Made by a program: the position numbers and the translations under genes. This document shows positions 13,680 through 26,739 of a stretch of 64,000 bases of DNA, piece after piece (position 1 is the stretch's first letter; the number at the start of each line of letters is the position of its first letter). Source of the stretch: Octopus vulgaris (lineage: Eukaryota); the NCBI GenBank assembly GCA_951406725.2, contig OX597825.1, forward strand, positions 21,700,001 to 21,764,000, written 5' to 3'. The notes below the pieces were generated by a model. The model was not told where the DNA came from, did not search any database, and saw only the letters and a program-made list of their open reading frames with translations.

Positions 13680-13915
13680 TATTGAGCGGATGGAAATTGG
13701 ATGACTTCTGAATATGTGCTCCATCAATAATAGTATCGCGGTTCTTCGGAAATATCCCTTGCAAAATATATCCCAGTAGGTTGTGCGCATGAGCAGTGGA
13801 TAGCAGGCAACGAAGAAGGACAACTTTGCATACAAACCAAGCGCAGTAACAAAAATACCAATGAAGTGTGTAGAGGAAATCTCTCCGAACGTTGTTCGGC
13901 AATCCATTTTGTGAG
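13680..13915 (+). pseudogene. Possible highly decayed RTE-type LINE 3' end
   Basis: YPSR..AVDSRQRRR loosely resembles RTE WxPRxxKRxxGRQRxRW; weak. Confidence 0.25.
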
Positions 13916-13920
13916 GGTGT

Positions 13921-14228
13921 CACACACACACACTCACATACACACACACAGACACACACACACAAACATACACACACACACACACAGACACACAGACACA
14001 CACACAGACATACACACAGACACACACACACACACTCACATACACACACACAGACACACACACACAAACATACACACACACACAGACACACACACAGACA
14101 TACACAGACACACACACACACACACACACACACACATTAGTCTTCGGTGCCACACTCCGAGAACAAATGCATAACCATGTGTTTGTCGAGTCTTCAGAAC
14201 TATGCTAACATCTACACACACTCACACG

Positions 14229-14288
<60 letters not shown>

Positions 14289-14358
14289 TTTTAGGTAGCC
14301 CAACAGTGAACTTTCTTTAATTGACATACTTATACACATATACCTAAAGTCCAAATAG

Positions 14359-14412
<54 letters not shown>

Positions 14413-14416
14413 ACAC
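13921..14416. repeat. (CA)n tracts with a short higher-order repeat
   Basis: Direct reading. Confidence 0.9.
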
Positions 14417-14759
14417 TTGTGTGTGTGCGTGTCAGGAAGTAGTTTGAAGGCAGACGCTGTCAGTGGTGATCTTCGCTTTTCCAACTCACAGCAGACAATT
14501 TGTTACTTCATGCTACTCAATATTTATGATATCAATTATCACCATCGAGGAAATGTTTCAATATTCTACCATTTCGCAGTAAATTATCACTGCATAGCAT
14601 ATTAGAAAATATAACTACAACACCTACAATGTGACTATGTGGGATATTTTATAAATCTATACACGACATTGTAGCCGGGGTGTCCTGCACAATCTTTCAC
14701 AAAAGGCATTTAGGGGGACAATGACACAACAAAGCACATTTAAATATATATTCGGATAT

Positions 14760-14933
14760 AGGCACAGAATTGTCTGTGTGGTAGGAAGCTTGCTTTCCAA
14801 CCACACGTTCAGTTCCACTGCGTGGTTCTTTGGGCTACTGTCTTCTACTATAGCCTCGGGTCGACCAAAGCCTTGTGAGCAGATTTGGTAGACGGAAACT
14901 GAAAGAAGCCAGTCGTGTATATATATATATATG

Positions 14934-15008
<75 letters not shown>

Positions 15009-15301
15009 TAATAATAATAATAATAATAATAATATGTAAATGCGCCCTTTTAAAGCCTAGCCAGACTCATGGGCCCGGTTACCCAGTTTCTATGGCGTAT
15101 GTGTTCCCCAACTGGACGGGACGCCTGTCCATCGCAGTGTTACTAATTTTTGCCAGCTGAATGGACTGAAGCAACGTGAAATGAAGTGTTTTGCTCAAGA
15201 ACACAACGCCTCACCCGGTCCAGGAATCGAAACCACAATCTTACGATTATGATGCTGACACCCTAACCACTAAGCCACGCGCCTCCACACACACATACAC
15301 A

Positions 15302-15332
<31 letters not shown>

Positions 15333-15530
15333 GCGTGTGTGTGTGTATGTGTGTCTGTTTGTCTGTGTGTGTCCTCCCACCATCGCTTGATAACCGATGT
15401 TTGTGTGTTTATATTCCAGTAACTTAACCGTTCAGCAAAAGACCCCCGATAGAATAATTACTAGGCTTACAAAAAATAAGTGATGAGTAGTATGGCCGCA
15501 GTCAAACGACTGAAACAAGTAAAAGAAAAA
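14760..15530 (+). mobile_element. SINE family A split by a nested SINE in its internal microsatellite
   Basis: 5' half 14760-14916, 3' half about 15350-15530. Confidence 0.75.
15036..15287 (-). mobile_element. tRNA-derived SINE with V-domain-like core, nested in family A
   Basis: Minus head tggaggcgcgtggcttagtggttaggg...gtttcgattcc; internal ctgcgatggacaggcgtcccgtccag resembles the V-SINE domain; followed by (ATT)n. Confidence 0.65.
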
Positions 15531-15971
15531 AGGAATAAAGAAAATGTAATTTTCAAATTTTAGAAAGCCGCGGTCGACATAGGAAAATCTATTGCGTTTA
15601 TATTGTCTTTTGCTTAAAGAAATACTATCAGATATCGCCATCCATTTTACATGAGAAATACTGACAAATAATTAGCAAGTATTAAAAGGTTATATAAAGT
15701 GCAGAAACAAGCTGGAAATGCAAATATATTTATTGACCTAGTTGTTAAAATAATAGCATTATGGCTGCAAAGGAATGTATGCGTAATTCTATTTGTGTCT
15801 CGCTGAAATGAAATGATACACAACCATTTATGTAAAGAAAGTAAAGTCACATATTGACTCTTATGATAAAGAGACACGTTCCAGATATTAGAAAGCTGAT
15901 AAGATTGTCTGGTCAATCACACACAGCCATATGCTCTGCTTGAACATTTTCATAATCGTTTTCTAATATAG

Positions 15972-16212
15972 TGATTGCAGCGTTGAAGTCAAATGTCATC
16001 CTCTGAGATACACACCAAGACTATTCGTAAAAGAGTGTGGAAATGTTCTCCGCTCGAAATTGCGACCTGTTCATAGACTGCACCATTTTTTTTTATCAGT
16101 GAACAGGTCGCAGTATCGAGAGACGAAAATGTTTTAATACCATATTACAAATAAATATTTTAGTGAAGTTAACGGTCTTCGTGTGCCAACATGTATCTTC
16201 CACGCTGCAATA
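15972..16212. mobile_element. Older head-to-head PLE-type pair with G3:C8 hammerhead
   Basis: Outer ends attgcagcgt and acgctgcaat; tatca-GTGAACA-g-gtc..gac-GAAA-atgt-T at 16094-16139; related to 24533-24817. Confidence 0.55.
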
Positions 16213-16562
16213 GCGTTAGTTTTAGCATATGGTCTCAGATCAAAACATTTCCTATGCAAATAAAATTTTCTAAGAGTGTTTTTGATAGGAAGAAATGAAA
16301 TTGGTGATGCATTTCTGAAACTGTGAATAATATAGTTTATAAAAGTAAATTATATGGGGACACAACCAAAATTTTGATGTGAGTAGGGGTCAGTTGATAG
16401 CCCCATCCTTAGTACTAGATTGGTATTTATTTTATCGAGAGTGGAAGGATGAAAGGCAAAGTTGACTTCTAAGCGACTGAAATTTAGAACGTAAAAACAA
16501 AACTAAAAGAAATACTGCGGGACAATTTGTCTAACACAGTAATGATTCTGTTAATTAGTAAT

Positions 16563-16623
16563 TCTTCTTCTTCTTCCTAATCTTCTTCTTCTTCTTCTTC
16601 TTCTTCTTCTTCTTCTTCTTCTT

Positions 16624-16654
<31 letters not shown>

Positions 16655-17000
16655 GTTCTTCTTCTTCATCTTACTCCTTTTTCCCCCTGTGGAGCAGGGC
16701 CTCAACATTCGTTTTCCACTTTTTGCGGTCATTGGCGTGTTTCTTGGCTGCTGCCCATGTGAGGCCGGTGGTCCTGAGCTCGTCCAAAATGCTTCGCTTC
16801 CATGTCTGCTTCGGGCGTCCTCGCTTCCTTTTCCCCTGCGGGTTCCAGTCAAGTGCTTGTCGTGTCACATTTGAGGGCTCTTTCCGCAGTGTGTGTCCGA
16901 TCCATTTTCATTTCCTTCGTCTAACCTGAACATGTATGGGCTCCTGGTTGGCCCTTTCCCACAGGTCGGTGTTTGGCATTCTGTCGAACCACTTCAGATG
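16563..17000 (-). pseudogene. RTE-clade LINE 3' end with (GAA)n tail
   Basis: Minus frame ...[43 protein letters not shown]...DRKKWK, typical RTE C-terminus, then (GAA)n. Confidence 0.85.
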
Positions 17001-17363
17001 GAACAAGAACATTAGCAATAATATAAGAGAAATAATACTTAAAACATATAGCTGCAAAAACATGTGCAGAACACAGAAACATTTCTCTGTTTTTTTTTTT
17101 TTTAAGGCAACGAGCGCATATAGAAATATGTGAAAAGGCTGTGAAAAACTAACAGAATCTATTAAAAGTATAAGTTTTAATCTGACAGTATGCCCTTACA
17201 AAGAAGCGTCTCAATATAGTAATACTACACAAGGTTGTGTAAAGCGATAAAATGCAAGGAAGAAACTACTTACTGGCTGAGAAGTGCAGGTTTCTAATCT
17301 AAGATCGGAGGGGTTTTATTTCCGGCATTAAACAAGAGGCTTCCTGAAATATCTTATTAAATG

Positions 17364-17550
17364 TAACGTATTTGATGGCATAAAAAACGCCCTGGTATAC
17401 TAAATGCACCCCAATTTCAACAGCATGTATTCAGGGGGAAATTACAGTATGTGTTATGAGACCAGCTTCGAATAGAGGACCCAGAGTAAGTTTTTGAAAC
17501 AATGATTTTTAATAAAAATATGTGCGTTTGATATGCCATCAAATGGGGTA
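17364..17550. mobile_element. Tc1/pogo-type MITE
   Basis: Imperfect TIRs taacgtatttgatggcataaaaaacgc and gcgtttgatatgccatcaaatggggta, TA at both ends. Confidence 0.55.
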
Positions 17551-18266
17551 TGTAAAGCAACAGCGTATGGGCAGCATCATGCAGATTATTTTGAGGTTGG
17601 GGAGAAATATCCATTTAGGTTCTGTTGTCCGAATTTTAACCCCAAAGGAATTAATACACCGTTAGTAGAATTCTTACACAGCTAACTATGCAATTATCAT
17701 GAAATAACTGTACTATAAAAGTCTCTGTCGAGTAAGATAGTCGTATTGTGTGATGCACTAATTCACACAGACAGGAGATTAAGAGAAATCTTTCGTATAC
17801 CATCGTTAAAGACTATCACGGAAACTATTGTCTGCTAATCGATGTTTTAATTCCAACGGATAATGGTATGTCATTAACGATGAACTTTCTAATCAAAGTA
17901 CCAATGCTGACATCTATACTGTATCGCTAAAAGCAAATTCACAAAGTATTTAGTTACAAATATAAGCATTCAGTATGTAGGACTTACAAATCCACAAATT
18001 TTAGATTCATTAGGCGTTATAAAACATAATGAAATTAAATATAAAACCTAGAGATTACAGTTTACAATCAGGAAATACAGAAAATAACGCAACGAGGCAG
18101 TGTATATATATATAATATAATATAATATAATATAAGTGCGAAAATTAATTTTTGTGTGTCAGTGTGTCACACTTAGACCCCTTCCTCTCACTATTCAATG
18201 ACACTCTTACTATTCCTCATGATATGGTATGAGATATAGTTCGAATAGAGACGGTGACGAAGATAG

Positions 18267-18300
<34 letters not shown>

Positions 18301-18344
18301 AGATAGAGAGAGGGAGAGAGAGAGAAAGAAAGAGAGAGAGAGAG

Positions 18345-18704
18345 ACTGGCGGTTGCACGGGCGCGAAAGCTACGTTGTTATCCTCTTTCCGTAAGCGGTG
18401 GCTTTTAACGGGTAGTGAGCTGAACCATCCTGGGGTACAGAGGATTCGCAATCTAGACTAGGGTCTGAAAGTTTACCACACCATAGTGGGTTACACCATG
18501 GTTCCTCTGCTTTGTAGCAGAAGTAGGAAGAAAGAGTGGGAGAAGGTTGTGGGGAAAGAGTACAGTGGGGTTCACCATTCCCCCACCCTCCAACCGGAGC
18601 CTCGTGGAGCTTAGGTGTTTTTGCTCGATAAACATTCACAATGCCCGGTCTGGGAATCGAAACCGCGAGGCCGCTGCCCAAACCACTGGGCCATTGCACC
18701 TCCA
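18345..18704 (-). mobile_element. SINE family B head with a distinct tail ending in (TC)n
   Basis: Head matches 61563; tail ...accatggtgtaaccc...gcaaccgccagtctctc seen only in this copy. Confidence 0.75.
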
Positions 18705-19256
18705 CTCATGCTGCTGTTATACTGCTTGTGGTGGTTGTGGTGATAGCGATGATGATAGTAGTGGTTATGGTGGTGGCGATGATAGGCTGGTGGTGGTGAA
18801 GGTAGCGGAGGTGGCGATGATGTTAGTGGTGGTGGTGGTGATGGTAGTGATTGTGCTACTACTGCTGCTGATAGTAATAATGGTAGTTCTGAGGACAACT
18901 GTGATGATGATGATGATGATGGTTAAGATGACGATGAGTCTGGTGGTGCTGGTGGTGCTGGTGGTAGTCATGTTAGGTATAGGTAGCGCCATACAATAAG
19001 TGATGTGTAATGAGTGTAACGGCAATTCCATTGAACGCCGTTCACTTCAGTTGCTCCGTATATAATTTATAGTTCTACATTCACAATTTTCATTATAAGT
19101 TGTCATTGTCCGAAAAGTGATAAGTCAGTAGAGACACAACTTCTAAAATAGCAGGTGTCACATCATATACGGAACACCATGGCTGATTTAATAAATCAAT
19201 ATTAATCGAATTAAGTGAAACCAACACGAAAAGTTGGTAATATTCAAAGCTGTTCC

Positions 19257-19287
<31 letters not shown>

Positions 19288-19360
19288 GTGTGTATGTATA
19301 TATGTGTATATATATATATATATGTATATATATATGTGTGTGTATGTATATATGTGTATA

Positions 19361-19460
<100 letters not shown>

Positions 19461-19964
19461 GTAATTTCTTTTACACGGACGCACGTGCTGGCATAATAAC
19501 ACACATGCTCGTAAAAACCCTCTTACACACAAACACACACACACACGAATATACTCACTTAGATAAACACACAGGCCTGCATATACGCATACATGAAGCA
19601 TAAATACGCAATCATATATATATATAGGTATGTGTATAATGGCGCCCTAAATATTGTACGAGCGATATATAAAATATTCAAGAAAGAAAATAAAAGTACA
19701 TCAAAAGGATGTATTAATATAGCGAACTTAAAAGTTTGCCTGTATTTTATGACTGTGTAAACAAGGGATTAAGCTTTATGATAGACAAACGCATGTGCAA
19801 TGTATATGAACAATGGAAGTTAACTCCATAGTAAGGATGACCACATCATACGTACGAGCATTTCTGGTATTAAACATTTGAAGTCTTCTTGTAAGAAAGG
19901 AGCTGGTTTCAATCAAAGGTACGAAGCCCCATCGTCGGAACGTAGATAAGAAAACCAATGTAAC

Positions 19965-20103
19965 GTTGTGAAGCTGAGAAAAGTCTTGTGAATTTTACTG
20001 ATCGTCTTGGAGATTATATTTCTAATACTTGCGTTAGCGGGTTAATTTATTTTTACTGAAAATCCCAGCTTATCCACGTTGCCAAAACGAACTGCACCAA
20101 TAG
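19965..20103 (-). pseudogene. R4/Dong-like C-terminal fragment
   Basis: Minus strand IGA..VDKLGFS...SVKIHKTFLSF, homologous to 10870-11035 and 27885-28025. Confidence 0.5.
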
Positions 20104-20189
20104 ATGTGTGTGTGTGTTTCTGTGTATGTGCTTGTGTGCATGTGTGTGTGTGTGAGTGTGTGTGTTTCTGTTTATGTGCGTGTGTGTGT

Positions 20190-20220
<31 letters not shown>

Positions 20221-20773
20221 TGTATATATATTTATATTTATATATATATGTATGTGTGTGCATGTGTGTCAAATTATTAATGCACACACACACGTATATA
20301 TGTATGCGTGCTTATGTATATATGTATGTATGTAAAATTGATTATGCACACACACATGCGTATGTATGTGTGTATGTACGTGTATGTATGAGTATGTATG
20401 TGTGTATATATATATAGGTGTGTATATGTATATATTTATATTTATATATATATGTGTATATATATATATGTGTATGTATATATATATATATTCATAAATT
20501 CTACGTGTGTGTATGTCTATATGCATGTGTATTTGTGTACTTATATATATGACTATATATGTGAGAGAACTAAATGTGTAAAAGTGTGATCTTCGGGTTT
20601 CCTTTTTCATCAACAGCTTTATAGAACCACTTCATACCAAAATGACCACATCAAAATATTCCCTTTCTTTATTCTTGATTCACTTAATTCTTCTTCCCCA
20701 TCCCTTTTTTTCTTTTCTTTTCCTTCTTTTTAGCATACACACATGTTTACTTGCGTATGTATATACATAATAT

Positions 20774-20850
<77 letters not shown>

Positions 20851-20852
<2 letters not shown>

Positions 20853-21015
20853 GGAGTGGCTGTCTGGTAAGTAGCTTGTTTACCTACCACATGGTTCGGG
20901 TTTCAGTCCCAGTGCGTAGCATCTTGGGCAAGTGTCTTTTGCTATAGCCACAGGCCGACGAAAGCCTTGTGAGTGGATTTTGTAGACGGAAACTGAAAGA
21001 AGCACGTCGTATATA

Positions 21016-21094
<79 letters not shown>

Positions 21095-21290
21095 TTGTGT
21101 GTCTGTGTTTGTCCCCCCAGCATCGCTTGAAAACCGATGCTGGTGTGCTTACGTCCCCGTAACATAGCAGTTCGGCAAAAAGTACTAGGCTTACAAAGAA
21201 TAAATCCTGGGGTCGATTTGCTCTACAAAAGGCGGTGCTCCAGCATAGCCACAGTCACATGACTGAAATAAATAAAAGAGTAAAAGAGAG
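20851..21290 (+). mobile_element. SINE family A, full length
   Basis: Head, CORE-like cttgggcaagtgtc, internal (TA)n(TG)n, tail. Confidence 0.85.
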
Positions 21291-21489
21291 TATAGTGGAA
21301 TGAATAATGCATGTATATGTGTGTCTGAATTTCTTTGTGTATGTATGTGCAAGGTCTCATGTTCTTGTGTGCGAGGTTGTATTCGTGTGTATGTGTGTAT
21401 ATGTATATGTGGGTGCACGTCTATCTCTATATATGGGCTTATGTATAGGTCATTGCATCTCAAAATATATTTTAAAAAGCTCATAATAT

Positions 21490-21586
21490 ATGAGCATCCT
21501 TTAAGGCCCTCATGCTTTCCGAAATCCGCCGAAACTACACCTGATTATATATGCACTTGTAGTGCACCTGAGCACTGTACACAATG

Positions 21587-21637
<51 letters not shown>
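21490..21637 (+). mobile_element. Probable retroelement 3' tail with (TTA)n
   Basis: gcacttgtagtgcacctgagcactgtacacaat followed by (TTA)n. Confidence 0.4.
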
Positions 21638-21638
<1 letters not shown>

Positions 21639-21859
21639 CACATAGATGTAATTTTCGACGCTGAATCCGAATTTGTTATTTATTTATTCCAGAAAAAATT
21701 TGCGACAATGTTACAAGTATTCAAAGGTTGATAATTCCCAGAATTTTCAACCAATCAGAAAACAGCGCGTTCGCTGCCTCTTTCATCATGTTTGATAGTA
21801 GCGAGAAAGTGGGGGCGGGGTTTGTTAACGGGAATGTCAAAACATTGAACAGGGAAAAT

Positions 21860-22200
21860 CATTGAAAGATTCGCGAGCAAATTAAATATTTAAAAGCTAC
21901 GAGCAAACCAACAGGAGTTGCTAGAAATAATAATCAAAACTTTAAAATATACACGAGGAAAGAGTAAACAGTGAGAACAGTGAAAAACATTAAAAGGTTC
22001 TCGAGTAAATTAAATATTTAAAAGCTACGAGCAAATCAACAGGAATTTGCTAGAAATAACAGTCAAAACATTAAAATGTACACGAGTAAACTAAACAGTG
22101 AAAACAATAATAAACCCTAAGACATTTGCGAGCAAATTGATTATTTAAAGCTACGAGCAAACCAACCGGATTTGCTAAAAATAACAGTCAAAATATTGAT
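21860..22200. repeat. Tandem repeat, about 127-bp unit, about 2.7 copies
   Basis: cgagYaaatt...aaagctacgagcaaa at about 21874, 22002 and 22129. Confidence 0.85.
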
Positions 22201-22344
22201 TAAAACACATTTATTAGTTAAGAGAATTCAAGAACGAAAGATTGCAATACACTTTAGGATTTTATAAAATAAATTATATTTCACATATCTCCTCCACATA
22301 AAATCCCTTTCTGACCCCTCTGACGCATTTGAACGCATGTTTTA

Positions 22345-22872
22345 TTTTTTGCGTTTTGCGTGTTTCAGTTATTTGACTCCTGCCATGCTGTAGCGCCACC
22401 TTAGAGGGTCTTTTGTAAACCACATAGATCCCAGAATTCATTTATTTAGGTTTGGTATTTAATGTATCGATCACTGTGACGAACCGCAAAGTTACAATGA
22501 TATGACAAACGTTGGTGGTCACCGTTGATGGAAACAGAGAAAAACACACTAATGTATACACACACATGCACACACACACGTATAAATGCACTCGCACTCG
22601 TATACTCACATACACAAACACACAGACACATGAACACACAAGCACACGCACATACACAAACACACCTACAAAACACACACGCACACACATAAACAAACAC
22701 ACATATACATATATATGTACGACGAGCTTCCTCACATTATCCAGCTAGCAAATTCATCCATGAGATATTGGTTGGCCTCAGGCTATAGTAAAAAGGCTTG
22801 CTTAAGGTGCTACTTTGTAAACCGTAACCAGAAATCACGTGGCTCGAAGCGAGCTTATTAACCACATCCTTA
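22345..22872 (-). mobile_element. SINE family A, decayed
   Basis: Homology to 23145-23539 on the minus strand. Confidence 0.6.
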
Positions 22873-23144
22873 CTTTCCCCTTTGAAGCTGTTCCCACAGT
22901 TTCTGTGTGTTTTGTGTATAATTTTAAGTTTTGACTATCATTTCTAGCAACTCCTGTTGGTTTGCTCTTAGCTTTTAAATATTTAGTTTTGTGCATGTGA
23001 GTGTGCATGCGTGAGTTCATTTATACGTGTGTCTCAGGTTTCAGGTTTTAAAAGCACACTTCTTTAAGTTTTGCAATTAAATTGAAAAAAAACTTAAATT
23101 TCCTTGAATAATTATTTTATCCATAGCCTTAATAAATATTTTTA

Positions 23145-23539
23145 GCGCAGGAGTGGCTGTGTGGTAAGTAGCTTGTTTACCAACCACACGGTTCCGGGTT
23201 CAGTCCCACTGCGTGGCACCTTGGGCAAGTGTCTTCTACTATAGCCTCGGGCCGACCAATGCCTTGTGAGTGGATTTGGTAGACGGAAACTGAAAGAAGC
23301 CCGTCGTATATATGTATATATATGCGTGTTTGTGTTTGTGTCTCTGTGTTTGTCACACTAGCATTGCTTGACAACCGATGCTGGTGTGTTTATGTCCACG
23401 TTACATAGCGGTTCGGCGAAAGAGACCGATAGAATAAGTACTGGGCTTACAAAAAAATAAGTCCCGGGGTCGAGATGCTCGATTAAAGGCGGTGCTCCAG
23501 CATGGTCGCAGTCAAATGACTGAAACAAGTAAAAGAGAG
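23145..23539 (+). mobile_element. SINE family A, full length (reference copy)
   Basis: A box tggctgtgtggt, B box ggttcagtcc, CORE-like caccttgggcaagtgtc, tail with stem-loop cagtc-aaat-gactg. Confidence 0.9.
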
Positions 23540-23659
23540 TCTATTAAAGTAGTCTTAAAATAAAGTTCCTTGGATTTTCTAAAGGAGCTGCTTGAGTGAT
23601 ATTTCCTTCAAATGTAAGAACCTGTTACAAATTCTCTTTTAGTATAATTTATTAACAAT

Positions 23660-23862
23660 TAAGCGGGATGGCAGAATAGATAGAACGTTGAGAAACATGC
23701 TTAGCGGGATGTATCCCGGCCTTTTACTTTCTGAATTCAAATGTCGCTGAGGTTAGCTTCCCCTTTCGTTTTTTGGTATCGTTAAAATAAAGCACAAGTC
23801 AAGTACTGTGGGTATGTAATCGACGTATGCTCTAAAAGGTCTTGGTTGGTGCCAAAATTTGA
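23660..23862 (+). mobile_element. SINE family C, decayed
   Basis: tggcagaat..aaatg..gaggt...gtgccaaaatttgaa. Confidence 0.55.
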
Positions 23863-24532
23863 AGTAGCAATTATAATGAAATAACTGTCCCTCAGACAGA
23901 GAATGTAGCAGTGCTTGTTGAATCTTCTCCTTGAATATATCTTGTGGATAAATTCGTGAAATTACTTGAATAAAACCACAAAGATTTTATTGGTGGCCCT
24001 TGTAATGAACTGCAAGGTTTTATCGGTGATCCTTGTAATGAACTGCAATAAAATGTTTCCCTATGCTGTCATTAGATTCTTGAAATGCACTGAACAAGCA
24101 ATCGAGATACACGGCTTCAAATAACCATTATACAATAAAGTACATTCTAAACTTCGTAGCGATAAATGTATGAGAAGTCGCCATTCTCTTACAACTTGCC
24201 TAGCAGATAAAGTTCCAGAATATCTATTATTGTCATGACAATAACAGATCAGAACATTCATTTCGAAATAAACTTCTCAATCAAAATTTCGCTTCCTATA
24301 GTAACTGACTGTTGTACTCTCTACTTAAAATTACATAAAGTTCTTGTACAATACCCATTGTATTCAAGAGGCTAGTCAAAATTTCAGTGCACTTAAGTCC
24401 TTATTTAAAAATCATTATCTACTTTAGATTTAATTATCATTGTATGTTTAATTGTCTATATTTTAATTCTTATTATCTGCCTCAACACAAACCACTTGGC
24501 GTATAATAATGGATTTATAAATATATGAATAC

Positions 24533-24817
24533 AATTGCAGAGTGGATGGTGTTTATAAGCCAGTTAAGAAACATAAAAAACCGTTAGATTCACTTCAATA
24601 TTTAAATTTAATTTCTCAAAATATTTTCGTCGCTTTGAGACCGCGACCTGTTCACTGATAATAATTCCGAAATAATTCTCCAAATTTTGTCAGTGAGGAG
24701 GTCGCGGTTTCAAAGCGACGAAAATATTTTGACAGATTAAATTTAAATGTTGAAGTGAATCTAACGGTTCTTGTGTGTTTCTTAGACGGCTTATAAACAC
24801 CTTTCACGCTGCAATTG
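24533..24817. mobile_element. Head-to-head PLE-type pair with G3:C8 hammerhead
   Basis: Arms about 24533-24660 and 24686-24817; left minus core GTGAACA (24649-24655); right tgtca-GTGAGGA-g-gtcgc(ggtttcaaa)gcgac-GAAA-atat-TT-tgaca. Confidence 0.75.
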
Positions 24818-25204
24818 TTTTCGTTCAAGCACACGATCTCAGATCAAGTCACTTGCTATGCAAGTACATCTCCGTAAAAATATGATTTATTTCCATTAAT
24901 CATTGTCTAAAGAAACATCTCTTATTAACAATATTTTGAAATTCTTCCGTTCGATATTTTAATATTTTTGACTGATACCATCGGTTTTCGCCAAAAGGCA
25001 AATATAGCGCACATCAATTAGACTAAATTGATGTCCTTTTTCCGACCTCTATCAATTTATGTCAGTGCATTTAAATACATACATACATAAATACATACAT
25101 ACATACATACATACATACATACATACATACATACATACATACATACATACATGCATACATACATACATACATACATACATACATACACACATACATAAAA
25201 AAGT

Positions 25205-25597
25205 ATCCTTTACTTGTTTCATTCATTAGACAGCATTCATTAGACAGAATTTTAGTCGAATAAATAGACGATAGTATTTGTATTTGTTTTTTTAAAGTTT
25301 GGTGCTTATTCTATCGGTCTGTTTTGCCGAATTACACCGCTAAGTTACAGGGACGTAAACACACCAGCACCTGTTGTCAAACGATTGTCGAAGACAAATA
25401 CAGATACAAGACATACACAGACACACATATTCACGACAAGCTTCTTTCCGTTTCCATCTAAAAAATCCACATGCAAGGCTTCGGTCGGCCCGAGGCAATA
25501 TCAGAAACCACTCGCTCGATGTAACATGTAGTAGGACTGAACCCGGAACCATGTGTTTGGGACGCAAACTTCTTACCACAAAGCCACGTTTGTGCCT
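25205..25597 (-). mobile_element. SINE family A, decayed
   Basis: Homology to 23145-23539. Confidence 0.7.
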
Positions 25598-26101
25598 GTC
25601 CGCGTCTTCTAATTCAGCCCCATTCTACGATTCCTGAGAAAAAATACACAATGCAGTATCTCGGAAAAACCTTTCAGTATTCAAAATCTTTGAACTTTAA
25701 GAAGTAAATGGTATAGCCCCAATTTATTGAGCGTTTTAATCGAGTCTTTTTCTCCTCTTAATCTATAACAAAAATATTTTACACACGTAGCACACAGTGT
25801 AAAATTACGACGGATCTCGAAGGAACCCAGTGAAGCTACACAAATAAGGTCGTCTTAATGCGACATATCAACTACTGAGAGACATTGAAAAAGCTAAGAG
25901 TCTACCCACAAGGACGAAGGCGGGAGAGATATGCGGTGATTTACATCTGGAAAATCCTAGAGTTTATATCAAACTTTGGCTTTGACATTTACGCAAACAA
26001 CGCAACCGGATGCCATTGCATATGCCAAAAATCACAAAATTTTCATCAGGATACAGAACAAGATACTCGATGCAGACGTCTTCAAAGCAAAACTGAATCT
26101 T

Positions 26102-26400
26102 ACATCATATACTTAAAAGATGAGGAATTATGTACATTATTTCCATTAGTTACATTTGACGGATATTTGTTCTCATCTTGTTTGTTGTTAACACAACGTT
26201 TCGGTTGATATACCCTCCAGTCTTCTTCAGGTGTCTTGGGGAAATTTCGAACCTGGGTTCTCATTCCTATGCCCACAGGCATATGGCGTAGTGGTTAAGA
26301 GCGCGGAATACTAACCCCGATATTCCGAGTTCGATTCCAAGCAGTGGCCTGAACAATGACAACAACAAAAACAACAACAACAACAATACTACTACAACTA

Positions 26401-26443
<43 letters not shown>

Positions 26444-26445
26444 AA

Positions 26446-26526
<81 letters not shown>

Positions 26527-26530
26527 ATAA

Positions 26531-26563
<33 letters not shown>

Positions 26564-26739
26564 CAATAATAATAATAATAATAACAACAACATCGAAAGA
26601 TACCTTAGGAATGAGAATTCAGGTTCGAAATTTCCCTAAGACATCTGAAGAAGGCTGGTGGGTATATCAGCCGAAACGTTGTGTTAACAACAAACAAGAT
26701 GAGGACAAATATCAGTCAAATTTAAATAACGTAAATAAT
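26102..26739 (+). mobile_element. Candidate tRNA-headed hammerhead retroelement with inverted upstream terminal repeat
   Basis: Inverted arms 26103-26270 and 26600-26739; A box 26284-26295, B box 26329-26338; HHR 26641-26684; TSD aaaactgaatctt and aagactgaatctt. Confidence 0.7.
26641..26684 (+). ncRNA. Minimal type I hammerhead ribozyme motif (canonical C3:G8)
   Basis: acat-CTGAAGA-a-ggctg(gtgggtatat)cagcc-GAAA-cg-TT-gtgt; palindromic stem III AACGTT. Confidence 0.7.

Noticed and set aside
21860-22200. CRISPR-like repeat-spacer appearance
   Set aside because: Intervening sequences are homologous between units; eukaryotic context; no cas genes
26274-26352. Functional tRNA gene (also other SINE heads)
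   Set aside because: A and B boxes present but acceptor stem does not pair well; embedded in retroelements
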